Assembly: GCA_005239725.1 (NCBI GenBank)
Contig: SBBM01000045.1
Location: 33,724-97,723, forward strand
Length of the DNA stretch: 64,000 bases
From: Planctomycetales bacterium
GTDB taxonomy: Bacteria > Omnitrophota > Gorgyraeia > Gygaellales > Profunditerraquicolaceae
Reading direction: 5' to 3'
A model generated the notes under the pieces. That model did not search any database. It worked only from the letters and a program-made list of their open reading frames with translations, and was not told the DNA's origin. Below are positions 1 through 9,073 of this stretch, piece after piece. A program made the position numbers and the translations under genes. The first letter of the stretch is position 1. Every line of letters begins with the position of its first letter.

Positions 1-1392
1 TGCCCATATCATATAGTCCGTACCTGGCAGCACCTGGGGTTGTCCATGATCCAGTGGATACCGCTATATTTGCTCGGATTGGTCAGGATAAAAGATAAAC
101 CGGGATTTAAAAACACATTATTTGCGGCCATGGCATTGTTTCTGGTTTTTTCGTTCGATCTCTATTATGTATATTTTATGTTTATAGTTACGGTATTATT
201 TTTTGCATTTTTATTTCTCTTCGCCTGGAAGAAAAAGATAAAGGCGCCAGTTCTGTTCAAAAATGATTGGGAAGCCGCCCAAAAGATAATCCTTTGCGGA
301 TTTATAGTTTTTTTGTTTGTTTCGCCGACGATATATTCGACTGTTATGAGCAGCCGGAATTATAGCCGGATGCCGGCCTCCGCGCATAATCCCTATCTCA
401 GACCATTTGAAGATTTATTTGCGCAGTCAGCCAAGCCGTTGGGATATCTTTTGCCTGCAAGCACGCATCCTGTTCTGGGGGCGTTGGCCGAAGGTTTTGT
501 GGGTTCGAGTTGGTACGGAGAAAGCTTTACGGAACATACGCTTTATTTGGGATGGGTTCCGTTGATACTGGCGTTTATGGCATTGCGCAGATGGCGGGCA
601 GGGCGCAAAGAAAAACAGGGACAGCCCCATTTGGAGACAGTCCCTGCCAATGAAGATTTTTATATCGGTTTTTTTCTATCCCTGGCGGTTGTTGCCTGGT
701 TATTTTCCCAGCCGCCCTGGTGGAATATTTTCGGATTTAAGTTATATATGCCCTCGTTTTTTATGTATAAAATCCTGCCGATGTATCGTGCGTATTGCCG
801 CTTTGGAATTGTGGTAATGCTGGCAATCGCGGTTTTAGCCGGTTTCGGATTAAAGTTTTTTCTGGAACGGTTTAAATCCCGGAAAGCCGGGAATGCGGTT
901 TTTGCCTTATTTTGCGGCTTGGTTTTGTTTGAATTCTGGAATTATCCCTCTTTTAAAGTAATTGATGTCTCAAAAGTCCCGGCAGTTTATTATTGGCTTA
1001 AAAATGAGCCGCATGATACGATTATAGCTGAATATCCGCTGGACATAGACGGTGCCAATGAATTATATAAATTCTATCAGACTGTACATGAAAAGCCGAT
1101 GATTAACGGCACCATCCCGGGGACTGACGCGAACATTTTTGCAAATAGGCTCACTGATTTATCAGACCTAAATACTGCCGTAGTCTTAAACCGCATCGGC
1201 GTAAAATATGCCCTGGTGCACAGGCAGGCCTATTTAGATACGGAGTTGACTCGGGATAAGGAAGAGTTGGATAAAATTCCCCAAAATTCCGGCCTTAAAC
1301 TTGTCCGCAGTTTTCCAGCGGAAACATGTCCGGATGAGAATATAATATGTACACAGCGGACCGGGCCTATTGATGTGTATCAAGTAAAGTAG
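1..1392 (+). CDS. 5'-truncated polytopic membrane protein with a hydrophilic C-terminal domain; candidate GT-C-type (PMT/ArnT-like) glycosyltransferase
   Basis: ORF track 40..1392, but the frame is open back to nt 1, so the N-terminus lies outside the window. Multiple hydrophobic helices are followed by a ~200-aa soluble C-terminus. It sits at the head of a glycosyltransferase locus. Confidence 0.4.
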   Translation, partial: CPYHIVRTWQHLGLSMIQWIPLYLLGLVRIKDKPGFKNTLFAAMALFLVFSFDLYYVYFMFIVTVLFFAFLFLFAWKKKIKAPVLFKNDWEAAQKIILCGFIVFLFVSPTIYSTVMSSRNYSRMPASAHNPYLRPFEDLFAQSAKPLGYLLPASTHPVLGALAEGFVGSSWYGESFTEHTLYLGWVPLILAFMALRRWRAGRKEKQGQPHLETVPANEDFYIGFFLSLAVVAWLFSQPPWWNIFGFKLYMPSFFMYKILPMYRAYCRFGIVVMLAIAVLAGFGLKFFLERFKSRKAGNAVFALFCGLVLFEFWNYPSFKVIDVSKVPAVYYWLKNEPHDTIIAEYPLDIDGANELYKFYQTVHEKPMINGTIPGTDANIFANRLTDLSDLNTAVVLNRIGVKYALVHRQAYLDTELTRDKEELDKIPQNSGLKLVRSFPAETCPDENIICTQRTGPIDVYQVK

Positions 1393-1405
1393 CATATAAA
1401 CCTAC

Positions 1406-1453
1406 TTGACAACCCGGATATTTGCAAATACAATAAATTAACATATTTGTTAA
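1406..1453 (+). promoter_or_regulatory. sigma70-like promoter TTGACA-N17-TACAAT followed by near-perfect palindrome TTAACAtattTGTTAA (candidate AbiEi autoregulatory operator)
   Basis: TTGACA at 1406-1411, TACAAT at 1429-1434, inverted repeat at 1438-1453 immediately upstream of the AbiEi-like ORF. AbiEi-family antitoxins are known autorepressors that bind inverted repeats. Confidence 0.4.
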
Positions 1454-1457
1454 TCTA

Positions 1458-2063
1458 TTGTTCTTAATAATGGACTACTTAAAAGTTAAAAAAATCAATC
1501 AGCTGTATTTTGGATACGAGGATGTGGCTAAGGCCCTCCGGGTCACTCTGGATTCGGCAAAGGTAACCTGTTCCCGGCTGGTTGTTAAGGGCATTCTTGC
1601 CAGGCTCAAGCGGAATATTTATATCCTCAAGGATAAGTTGGATAATTTAAATACCGAGGATAAATTTATTCTGGCCAATATCATACAGACGCCGTCATAT
1701 GTTTCGTTGATGACCGCATTGGATTATTACGGCATAACTACCCAGATGCAGCGTAATTTCGTCGAATCAATAGGAATATTGCGGACCAAAGAATTGAACA
1801 TTCATGGATTTGGCCTGAAGTATAGCAAGGTGCAAAAATCCCTTTATTTTGGTTTTAGAAAAGAAGGGGAGTTTTTTATTGCGGCTCCGGAAAAGGCCTT
1901 TCTGGATGCCCTTTATCTTATGTCACTTAAGCGCTATCGCTTTGATTTGACTTCGATTAATTTTGACCGGCTTGATTCCCGGGAAATCAGGAGAATCTTT
2001 GAATTTTACCCCCGAAGAACACAAAACCTGATGGATAAATATGGATATTTTAAAGGCGCATGA
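1458..2063 (+). CDS. AbiEi-family antitoxin / transcriptional regulator (type IV TA system)
   Basis: Winged-HTH-like N-terminus and the motif QTPSYVSLMTALDYYGI, typical of the AbiEi antitoxin domain. It overlaps the downstream AbiEii-like ORF by 23 nt. The ORF-track start is TTG at 1458; the first ATG is at 1470. Confidence 0.6.
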   Translation: MFLIMDYLKVKKINQLYFGYEDVAKALRVTLDSAKVTCSRLVVKGILARLKRNIYILKDKLDNLNTEDKFILANIIQTPSYVSLMTALDYYGITTQMQRNFVESIGILRTKELNIHGFGLKYSKVQKSLYFGFRKEGEFFIAAPEKAFLDALYLMSLKRYRFDLTSINFDRLDSREIRRIFEFYPRRTQNLMDKYGYFKGA

Positions 2064-2715
2064 GATATTTGAAATAGAGATTTTGGAGAAGCTTAAAAAT
2101 AAAAAATTTTTAAGCCCGCTTGTATTTACAGGCGGAACAATGCTGCGTTTATGTTATGGCCTTAACCGCTATTCAACGGATTTGGATTTTTGGTTTATCC
2201 GGAAAGTGGAAGAAAACGAATATTCCCGGAAATTAAAGGAATACCTGTCTAGATTCTACGAGATAACCGATGCGCAGAGCAAGCTCAGCACAATCCTGCT
2301 TGAGATGCGTTTACCTGGCTACCCCAAGAGGTTGAAGATTGAAATCGGGAAAAAAATAAAAAGGTGCGATTTTCAGGAAAGGATAGCCTTTTCGAAATTT
2401 ACCACAAAACAGGTTATCCTGCGGGTGCATACCCTTGAACAATCAATGAAGAATAAATTGGACGCAGCTTTAAGCAGGAAGGACATAAGGGACTTTTTTG
2501 ACATGGAATTTATGCTCCGCAGGGGCATTGAAATCCCTGTTAATAAAAATTCCGCCTCGGAGTTAAAAAAGATTATTGGCAGTTTTAAGCCGAATGATTT
2601 CAAGGTTTCGCTGGGTTCGCTTTTAGACAGCGGCGAACGGGAGTATTATATAAAAAATAAATTTGAATATTTATTGGAAAAATTAAGCGCCGGCTCAATT
2701 CCCGGAGAATTATGA
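2041..2715 (+). CDS. AbiEii/AbiGii-family nucleotidyltransferase toxin (DUF1814)
   Basis: The hallmark motif FTGGTMLRLCYGLNRYSTDLDFWF matches the GG..L....G..R.SEDLDF signature of this toxin family. Size is 224 aa and the gene is paired with an upstream AbiEi-like gene. Confidence 0.65.
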   Translation: MDILKAHEIFEIEILEKLKNKKFLSPLVFTGGTMLRLCYGLNRYSTDLDFWFIRKVEENEYSRKLKEYLSRFYEITDAQSKLSTILLEMRLPGYPKRLKIEIGKKIKRCDFQERIAFSKFTTKQVILRVHTLEQSMKNKLDAALSRKDIRDFFDMEFMLRRGIEIPVNKNSASELKKIIGSFKPNDFKVSLGSLLDSGEREYYIKNKFEYLLEKLSAGSIPGEL

Positions 2716-3866
2716 GGGTTTACAGATTATCGCTCATCCTGTGCATATCGTGGTTTATTTTTTTATGCCTGCTGCATTATCTTTCGGCAAGGCCGCTCTG
2801 GCTTGATGAGGCTTTTGTGCTGGGGAATATGCAGAACCTCGGGTTTAGAGAAATGTTAAGCCGGCCGCTGGGCAATGGCCAGGCATTCCCCAGGTTTTAT
2901 CTTATCGCGGTTAAACTATTTTCCGGAAATTTTACTTGCCATGTGCTTTTTTTGCGTTTCCTTCCCTTAGCGGCGATGTTATCGGCGTTTTTTGTTTGGG
3001 GAAGGGTATATAGATACAGATTTGGCGACAAATGGGTTTTTTTGCTCGGCCTTTACGCCTGGGCCTCAAGCTATTATTTCAGCTATTACGCCGCGGAATT
3101 GAAGCAATATTCAATGGATGTGCTGGTTGTGGGTATTTTTGTCTGGTTTATTTTACATCAAGGTAGGATTGAAGACAAACAGCCGGGGAAAATTTTTATT
3201 GCCTGTGCAATATTTCTGCCGTTCATTATTCTCTTGTCCTATGCCGGTGTTTTTATTTTTTGGGTAGCCGCATATAATTTCCTGATGATTTCCAGAAAAA
3301 ACAAAACGGTTTTTCCGTTATTTTTGGTATACACCTTTAATTGCCTTTTTGCGGCCGTTCTTATGTACCGTTTTGACATAATATATGCCTTTAAGCAGCA
3401 GGGATTATTTATCTACTGGAAGGACTATTTCTTGTGTAGGGATTCATTTTACTGTTTTTTTAAATCTTTCGGTGAAGGGGTAGAGCGGCTCGGGACGTGG
3501 TGGTTCACAGCTAACCCGATTTTAAAGAAAATAGCCAATCTTTTTATTCCGTTTTTTATCTGCCCGCTTTTTGGCCTTGGTATTGCCTCTCTGAGAAAAA
3601 ACCGCTCTAAGATTGACGATATGGAATCAGTGGGCCTGTTGATGTTTGCGCAACTATTTATATTGGGAATTTTAAAAATTTATCCTTTTACCGGGGAACG
3701 GATAACTCTTTTCCTGGCGCCTTTTGTCATTTTTACGGTAATAAAGGGCATAGATTATTTTAAGAAGCCAAATTTTGTGAATCTTGCCCTGCGGAGTATC
3801 TTTTTTGCATTTTTTCTTATGTGTGGCCTGGATTCGCTGTTGCGTTACCTGAAACTCTATCGCTAA
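2712..3866 (+). CDS. Polytopic membrane protein, possible small GT-C-like glycosyltransferase
   Basis: The start ATG overlaps the AbiEii stop (ATGA). There are about 10 hydrophobic helices. A WLDEAF motif follows TM1, reminiscent of the DE motif in the first extracytoplasmic loop of GT-C enzymes. Confidence 0.35.
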   Translation: MRVYRLSLILCISWFIFLCLLHYLSARPLWLDEAFVLGNMQNLGFREMLSRPLGNGQAFPRFYLIAVKLFSGNFTCHVLFLRFLPLAAMLSAFFVWGRVYRYRFGDKWVFLLGLYAWASSYYFSYYAAELKQYSMDVLVVGIFVWFILHQGRIEDKQPGKIFIACAIFLPFIILLSYAGVFIFWVAAYNFLMISRKNKTVFPLFLVYTFNCLFAAVLMYRFDIIYAFKQQGLFIYWKDYFLCRDSFYCFFKSFGEGVERLGTWWFTANPILKKIANLFIPFFICPLFGLGIASLRKNRSKIDDMESVGLLMFAQLFILGILKIYPFTGERITLFLAPFVIFTVIKGIDYFKKPNFVNLALRSIFFAFFLMCGLDSLLRYLKLYR

Positions 3867-3876
3867 GTTTAGAGAT

Positions 3877-5691
3877 ATGAATATACTGGGCATTTCCTGT
3901 TTTTATCATGATAGCGCTGCCTGCCTTGTGCGGGACGGCGAAATCCTTGCCGCGGCGCAAGAAGAGCGATTTACCCGCAAGAAGCACGATTTTAATTTTC
4001 CCATAAATGCGATAAATTACTGCCTTAAAGAAGGGAAAATTGCAGCAGGAGATTTAGGTTTGGTAGTTTTTTACGATAAGCCTTTTATTAAATTTGAAAG
4101 GATATTGGAAACGTATTTGGCGTATGCTCCGTCGGGGATAAGGCAGTTTATTCAGGCAATGCCTTTATGGCTTAAGCAGAAACTCTGGATTCCGGAATTA
4201 ATCCGCAGAGAGTTGGCTTACAATGGAAAGGTTTTGTTCGCTGAACACCACGAGTCGCACGCGGCAAGCGCATTTTACCCCTCTCCGTTTAAAGAAGCGG
4301 CATTTTTGACCATGGACGGCGTAGGCGAATGGGAAACCGCAAGTTTCGGCGTAGGCCGCGGCAATAGTCTTGAACTCCAGTACTATTTAAGGTTTCCTCA
4401 TTCTTTAGGTTTGTTATACTCGGCTTTTACCTATTACGTCGGGTTTAAGGTGAATTCCGGAGAATATAAATTGATGGGTCTTGCTCCTTACGGAGAGCCC
4501 AGATATGCGCATTTGATATTGGATGAGTTGTTGGATTTGAAAGAGGACGGTTCGTTTAAATTGAATATGAAGTATTTCGGGTATTGCAACGGCTTAAGGA
4601 TGACAAATCGGCGTTTTGAAAAGCTCTTTGGCGCTCCAGCGCGCAAACCCGAAACAGAGATAACCCGGAAAGATATGGATATGGCCGCGTCAATCCAGCA
4701 GGTAAGCGAAGAAATAATGCTCAGGATGGCAAGGCATGTGCATAAAATTACAGGGCAGGATAATCTCTGTCTTGCCGGAGGGGTTGCGTTTAATTGCGTG
4801 GGTAACGGCAGGATTTTGCGCCAGGGGCCTTTTAAAAATATCTGGATACAGCCGGCAGCAGGCGATGCGGGCGGAGCTCTGGGGGCTGCGCTTTTGACCT
4901 GGTATAAATATTTGGGGAATAGGCGTGAAGCGGATAATATGAACGATGGACAAAAGGCTTCTTTGCTGGGCCCGGCTTATGCCGATGAGGAGATCAAAAC
5001 TTTTTTAAAGAAAGAAGGCGCGTCTTATAAAAGAATAGCCTATCCTGATATTCCGCAGGCAATTGCGGATTTAATTGATAGAGGCAATGTTATCGGCTGG
5101 TTTCAGGGGCGTATGGAATTCGGGCCTCGGGCATTGGGGGCAAGGAGTATAATCGGGGATGCAAGGGATGTCAGGATGCAATCCCGGATGAACCTGAAAA
5201 TTAAATACCGGGAATCTTTCCGGCCGTTTGCGCCTACGGTTTTGCTGGAGAAGGCATCAGAGTGGTTTGATTTGCCCGTTGAGAGCCCTTACATGCTTTT
5301 GACCGCGCCGGTGAAGGAAGAAAAACGTCTGAAGCCTTCCGCGGAAAAAAGATTGTCCGGGTTCGAAAACTTAAAGGAAAGGCGTTCAGAAATCCCCGCA
5401 GTCACACACGTGGATTATTCGGCGAGGGTGCAGACAATAAAAAGAGATGATAATCCATTGTATTATGATATGATAAGTGCTTATTACAAGAAAACAGGGT
5501 GCCCGGTTATAATAAATACCTCTTTTAACGTAAGGGGGGAGCCATTGGTATGTATGCCCGAGGATGCGTTCCGGTGCTTTATGCGCACTGAAATGGATTA
5601 CCTGATAATGGGTCCTTTCTTATTGGATAAAAGAGAGCAGAAAAAAATAGAAAAGGACATTAAGCGGCAGAAGGAATTTGAGTTGGATTAA
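3877..5691 (+). CDS. Carbamoyltransferase, NodU/CmcH/TobZ family
   Basis: N-terminus MNILGISCFYHDSAACLVRDGEIL (Kae1/YrdC-like ASKHA domain), HHESHAASAF and a C-terminal carbamoyltransferase domain. 604 aa is typical for the family. Confidence 0.85.
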   Translation: MNILGISCFYHDSAACLVRDGEILAAAQEERFTRKKHDFNFPINAINYCLKEGKIAAGDLGLVVFYDKPFIKFERILETYLAYAPSGIRQFIQAMPLWLKQKLWIPELIRRELAYNGKVLFAEHHESHAASAFYPSPFKEAAFLTMDGVGEWETASFGVGRGNSLELQYYLRFPHSLGLLYSAFTYYVGFKVNSGEYKLMGLAPYGEPRYAHLILDELLDLKEDGSFKLNMKYFGYCNGLRMTNRRFEKLFGAPARKPETEITRKDMDMAASIQQVSEEIMLRMARHVHKITGQDNLCLAGGVAFNCVGNGRILRQGPFKNIWIQPAAGDAGGALGAALLTWYKYLGNRREADNMNDGQKASLLGPAYADEEIKTFLKKEGASYKRIAYPDIPQAIADLIDRGNVIGWFQGRMEFGPRALGARSIIGDARDVRMQSRMNLKIKYRESFRPFAPTVLLEKASEWFDLPVESPYMLLTAPVKEEKRLKPSAEKRLSGFENLKERRSEIPAVTHVDYSARVQTIKRDDNPLYYDMISAYYKKTGCPVIINTSFNVRGEPLVCMPEDAFRCFMRTEMDYLIMGPFLLDKREQKKIEKDIKRQKEFELD

Positions 5692-6093
5692 ATGGTGAAA
5701 TTAGATTTAAGCAGGTATAATCTGAAGAAGTTCGGCATAATGATGGGGATAGCGTTTTTTGCCATAAGCCCAGTCATTCTGTTCCGTCATAAGCATAACC
5801 CGGCGGTAACTTCGGCAATCGCAGCGGTGTTTTTTATTCTATCTTTTGTTTGCCCCCTGTTATTGAAGCCGCTGTATATCGCCTGGATGAAACTGGCTTT
5901 TGTCCTGGGTTGGATAAATACCCGTCTGGTTTTGTTTATTATTTTTTATTTTGTTTTTACTCCTATAGGTTTGATAATGCGATTATTCGGTTCGGATTTG
6001 TTGGATAGGAAGATAGATAAGACTGCGCAGTCATACTGGAGAAAAAGAGAAAATAAGGCTTTTGTCGTGCAGGATTACGAAAGGCAATTTTAA
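5692..6093 (+). CDS. SxtJ-like small membrane protein
   Basis: A 133-aa two-TM protein immediately downstream of the carbamoyltransferase. That gene order and size match SxtJ-family proteins that accompany carbamoyltransferases. Confidence 0.4.
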   Translation: MVKLDLSRYNLKKFGIMMGIAFFAISPVILFRHKHNPAVTSAIAAVFFILSFVCPLLLKPLYIAWMKLAFVLGWINTRLVLFIIFYFVFTPIGLIMRLFGSDLLDRKIDKTAQSYWRKRENKAFVVQDYERQF

Positions 6094-6109
6094 GTTATGG
6101 GAGGGCCTC

Positions 6110-6268
6110 GTGGGTAAACTGGGCTTATTGAGGGAATTCTGGGATTTTTTAAAAGTAAGGAAGAAGTGGTGGCTGACCCCGATTGTTGTTATGTTTTTGC
6201 TGCTTGGGTTTTTAATAGTTTTTACCCAGTCATCGGCGGTTGCCCCGTTTATTTATACATTATTTTGA
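6110..6268 (+). CDS. DUF5989-family small membrane protein
   Basis: LREFWDFLKVRKKWWLTPIVVMFLLLGFLIVFTQSSAVAPFIYTLF matches the conserved DUF5989 pattern (…KVRKK-WWL-PI…GS-APFIYTLF). The GTG at 6110 is preceded by GGGAGGG; the ORF track's TTG start at 6062 is probably an over-extension. Confidence 0.55.
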   Translation: MGKLGLLREFWDFLKVRKKWWLTPIVVMFLLLGFLIVFTQSSAVAPFIYTLF

Positions 6269-6278
6269 AGGATAAACG

Positions 6279-7037
6279 ATGAAACGGATATTGGCCATAT
6301 TGCTCGCTGGCGTATTAATTGTTGCGGCTATTTTTCAGAGAAACAATAACCCGGATACGGCTGTTTTCGCCTTAGGCAAACAAGCCGGGCCTGAAACAAA
6401 AGAATTGCGCTACAGGGTTTATTTATTCGGGCTTCTGCCTATAGGCAGGGTGGTCTTTGAGCGGGAAAAGGAAGAAATTTATAGCGGGGCAAAGGTTTAT
6501 TACCTGCGGGCAACCGCCGGCACCTCAGATTTTATTTCAAAAATCTTTAGGGCCCGGGCGGCCCTGGATTCTTATGTTGATGCGCAAAATTTTAACCCTG
6601 TATTTTTCCGGCAAAAACTATCGCTTCCCGGTAAACCGGATGCGCTAAAAGAGGCATATTATGACCAGAAAAAGGGCGTCATGTCTATTTCCGGGGTCCA
6701 GCGGCAGATATTACCGAATACCCAGGATCCTCTATCCGTGATATTCAATATCCGACGTATGGATTTTAGTTATTCGCGCGGATTGGAGCTGAACCTGAAC
6801 ACTAACCAGAAAAATTACATTATGAAAGGCGCGGCGCAGCCGGGAGAAATTGTTTCGCATAAAAAGATATACCGTACGGCAGTATTAACAGCGGATATCC
6901 GGCGGAGAGATAAAAACCCTTACCATAAATCAAGCATCAGCGCGCTGTTGCTTAGAGAATACGGAAACACGCCTGTCTTAATTAAAGTTTTCGCCGGCGG
7001 ATTTTTGATAATCGCCAAACTTATCGAGGCAAAATAA
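6279..7037 (+). CDS. Secreted/periplasmic hypothetical protein (signal peptide; possibly DUF3108-like)
   Basis: N-terminal signal peptide MKRILAILLAGVLIVAAIF and no other TM segments; 252 aa. Confidence 0.3.
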   Translation: MKRILAILLAGVLIVAAIFQRNNNPDTAVFALGKQAGPETKELRYRVYLFGLLPIGRVVFEREKEEIYSGAKVYYLRATAGTSDFISKIFRARAALDSYVDAQNFNPVFFRQKLSLPGKPDALKEAYYDQKKGVMSISGVQRQILPNTQDPLSVIFNIRRMDFSYSRGLELNLNTNQKNYIMKGAAQPGEIVSHKKIYRTAVLTADIRRRDKNPYHKSSISALLLREYGNTPVLIKVFAGGFLIIAKLIEAK

Positions 7038-7039
7038 TT

Positions 7040-9073
7040 ATGAATTTATTGGTGTGCTTTTATATGAATTTCATAGTTTTGGCAACCTCATTTATTTTTA
7101 CCTACAGGATATTTGAAGTCAAGCCTTTTAGTGATGGGCTGGTTTCCTGGTTTATTTTTTATTTTGCGCAAATTATATTTACCGAGCTTATATTAGGGAG
7201 CCGCGGGATCCTTTACATATCTAATGTCATATTCTTAAATTCGGCGCTGCTTTGCCTTTTTTGGTTCGTCAGCCGCAAGCGGGAATCATCGTTTGCCGCC
7301 GGCATAAAAAATAAACTGGAGGCCATTTTTAGCAGAAAACCTATATTGCTTACCGCTTGCATAATTTTAGGGTTCGGGCTGGCAAAGATTACGGTTAACT
7401 TATTTAACCCACCCTTTGGCTGGGATGACCTTAACTACCATTTCACCTTTCCTGTCGAGTGGTTAAAGCACGGAAACTTGAATAATCCGATTACAGTCTT
7501 CGATGACCCGGGCCCGACATATTATCCGATAAACGGGAACCTTTATTTTCTTTGGCTGATTTTCCCTTTTAAAAGCGTATTTTTGGCGGATTTAGGACAG
7601 GTCCCGTTTTTTATTCTGGGATTCCTGTCGGTATACTCTCTGTCCAGGAAATTAAATATCACCCAGGAAAATTCTTATCTTGCCGCCGCGCTTTTTACGT
7701 TCATTCCTAATTACTTCAAGCAAACTGAAATTGCCTATGTGGACGTGATGGTCTCCGCGCTATTTTTAGCTTGCGCAAATTTTTTATTTCTGCTGGATAA
7801 AGAATTTACATGGAAAAATGTATTGATTTTTGCTGTTGCGTTAGGTTCAATGCTGGGCATTAAAACCGTGGCCTTGCCTTACAGTGCGTTGTTATTTTTG
7901 CCGTTTATTTATTTGTCCTTCCGGAAGATTAAAAAGTGGCCGTTATTTGCTATATGCATATTTTTTGTCGTGATTTTCGGAGGGTTTAGTTATATCCGAA
8001 ACCTCATGGATACAGGGAACCCGCTCTATCCTCTTGATTTTAACTTATTCGGACGGGCAATTTTTAAAGGCGTGATGAATATGGACACTTACCGCGCGCA
8101 TTTCAAAATTGAAGATTACCGCTTATCCAAATTGCTTTTTCATGAGGGCCTGGGGATTCAATCTGTCGTATTCATATTCCCCGCATTATTTCTGGGCCTG
8201 CCGGTGGCATTAATAAAGAAACGCAAGGAGATAAGTCCGGGCCTGTTTTATTTCCTGGTTTTGCCGTTTTTGATTTATCTGGTTTACCGCTACGTGATTC
8301 CTCTGGCGAACACGCGGTATTTATATTGCCTTTTTGGACTGGGGATGGTTATTGCTTTTTATGTAATTGAGGAGCTAAAAATCCCGCCGCGGATAATAAA
8401 TGTCCTGGTTGCTCTATGTTTTCTGGGCGCGATCGCGGAGATATCCAAGCGCGGAGAGTTAATCTGCTCAATTGCGCTGACAGTCTTGTTGTTTTTTTTA
8501 TTGCCTGTTTTAATCCGGGATGCCAGGTTTTTGCCGCTCATTTTCGTTTCGTCACTCTGTTTTTTGCTATTTGCCGAGAGGTATTATGCAAAATATGAAT
8601 ACCCCCGGTATATAACAATGGTAGAATACTCAGGATTTTGGCCGGATGCCGCAAAGGCCTGGGAGTGGCTAAATAAAAATACCAAAGGGGATAATATTGC
8701 TTACGCCGGCAGGCCGGTGCCGTTCCCTTTATACGGAAGTAATTTTAAGAATAATGTCTATTATATTTCCGTGAATAAAACCGAACCGGCAAAGCTGCAT
8801 TATTTTTCTGGTTCCCGCTATGAATGGGGCTATGATTTTTTAAGCTTGCATAAAAATCTAGAAGCAGAAGGTAATTACCGCTGGGGCGCGGATTATTCCC
8901 TCTGGCTGGGTAACATTTTGAAGCGAAACACCGGCTATCTATTTGTATATTCGCTCCACCAGACTGAGGATATTGAATTTCCCATTGAAGATAAATGGGC
9001 TAAAGCAAATCCGGATAGATTTAGTTCCGTATTCGCGAATGAAACCGTGCATATATACGAGGTGATAAAATGA
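7040..9073 (+). CDS. Large polytopic membrane protein, GT-C-fold glycosyltransferase candidate (ArnT/PMT-like)
   Basis: 677 aa with at least 12 hydrophobic helices in the N-terminal two-thirds and a soluble C-terminal domain. It overlaps the start of the downstream DPM1-like GT2 gene, as expected for lipid-phosphate-sugar donor/acceptor pairs. Confidence 0.5.
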   Translation: MNLLVCFYMNFIVLATSFIFTYRIFEVKPFSDGLVSWFIFYFAQIIFTELILGSRGILYISNVIFLNSALLCLFWFVSRKRESSFAAGIKNKLEAIFSRKPILLTACIILGFGLAKITVNLFNPPFGWDDLNYHFTFPVEWLKHGNLNNPITVFDDPGPTYYPINGNLYFLWLIFPFKSVFLADLGQVPFFILGFLSVYSLSRKLNITQENSYLAAALFTFIPNYFKQTEIAYVDVMVSALFLACANFLFLLDKEFTWKNVLIFAVALGSMLGIKTVALPYSALLFLPFIYLSFRKIKKWPLFAICIFFVVIFGGFSYIRNLMDTGNPLYPLDFNLFGRAIFKGVMNMDTYRAHFKIEDYRLSKLLFHEGLGIQSVVFIFPALFLGLPVALIKKRKEISPGLFYFLVLPFLIYLVYRYVIPLANTRYLYCLFGLGMVIAFYVIEELKIPPRIINVLVALCFLGAIAEISKRGELICSIALTVLLFFLLPVLIRDARFLPLIFVSSLCFLLFAERYYAKYEYPRYITMVEYSGFWPDAAKAWEWLNKNTKGDNIAYAGRPVPFPLYGSNFKNNVYYISVNKTEPAKLHYFSGSRYEWGYDFLSLHKNLEAEGNYRWGADYSLWLGNILKRNTGYLFVYSLHQTEDIEFPIEDKWAKANPDRFSSVFANETVHIYEVIK

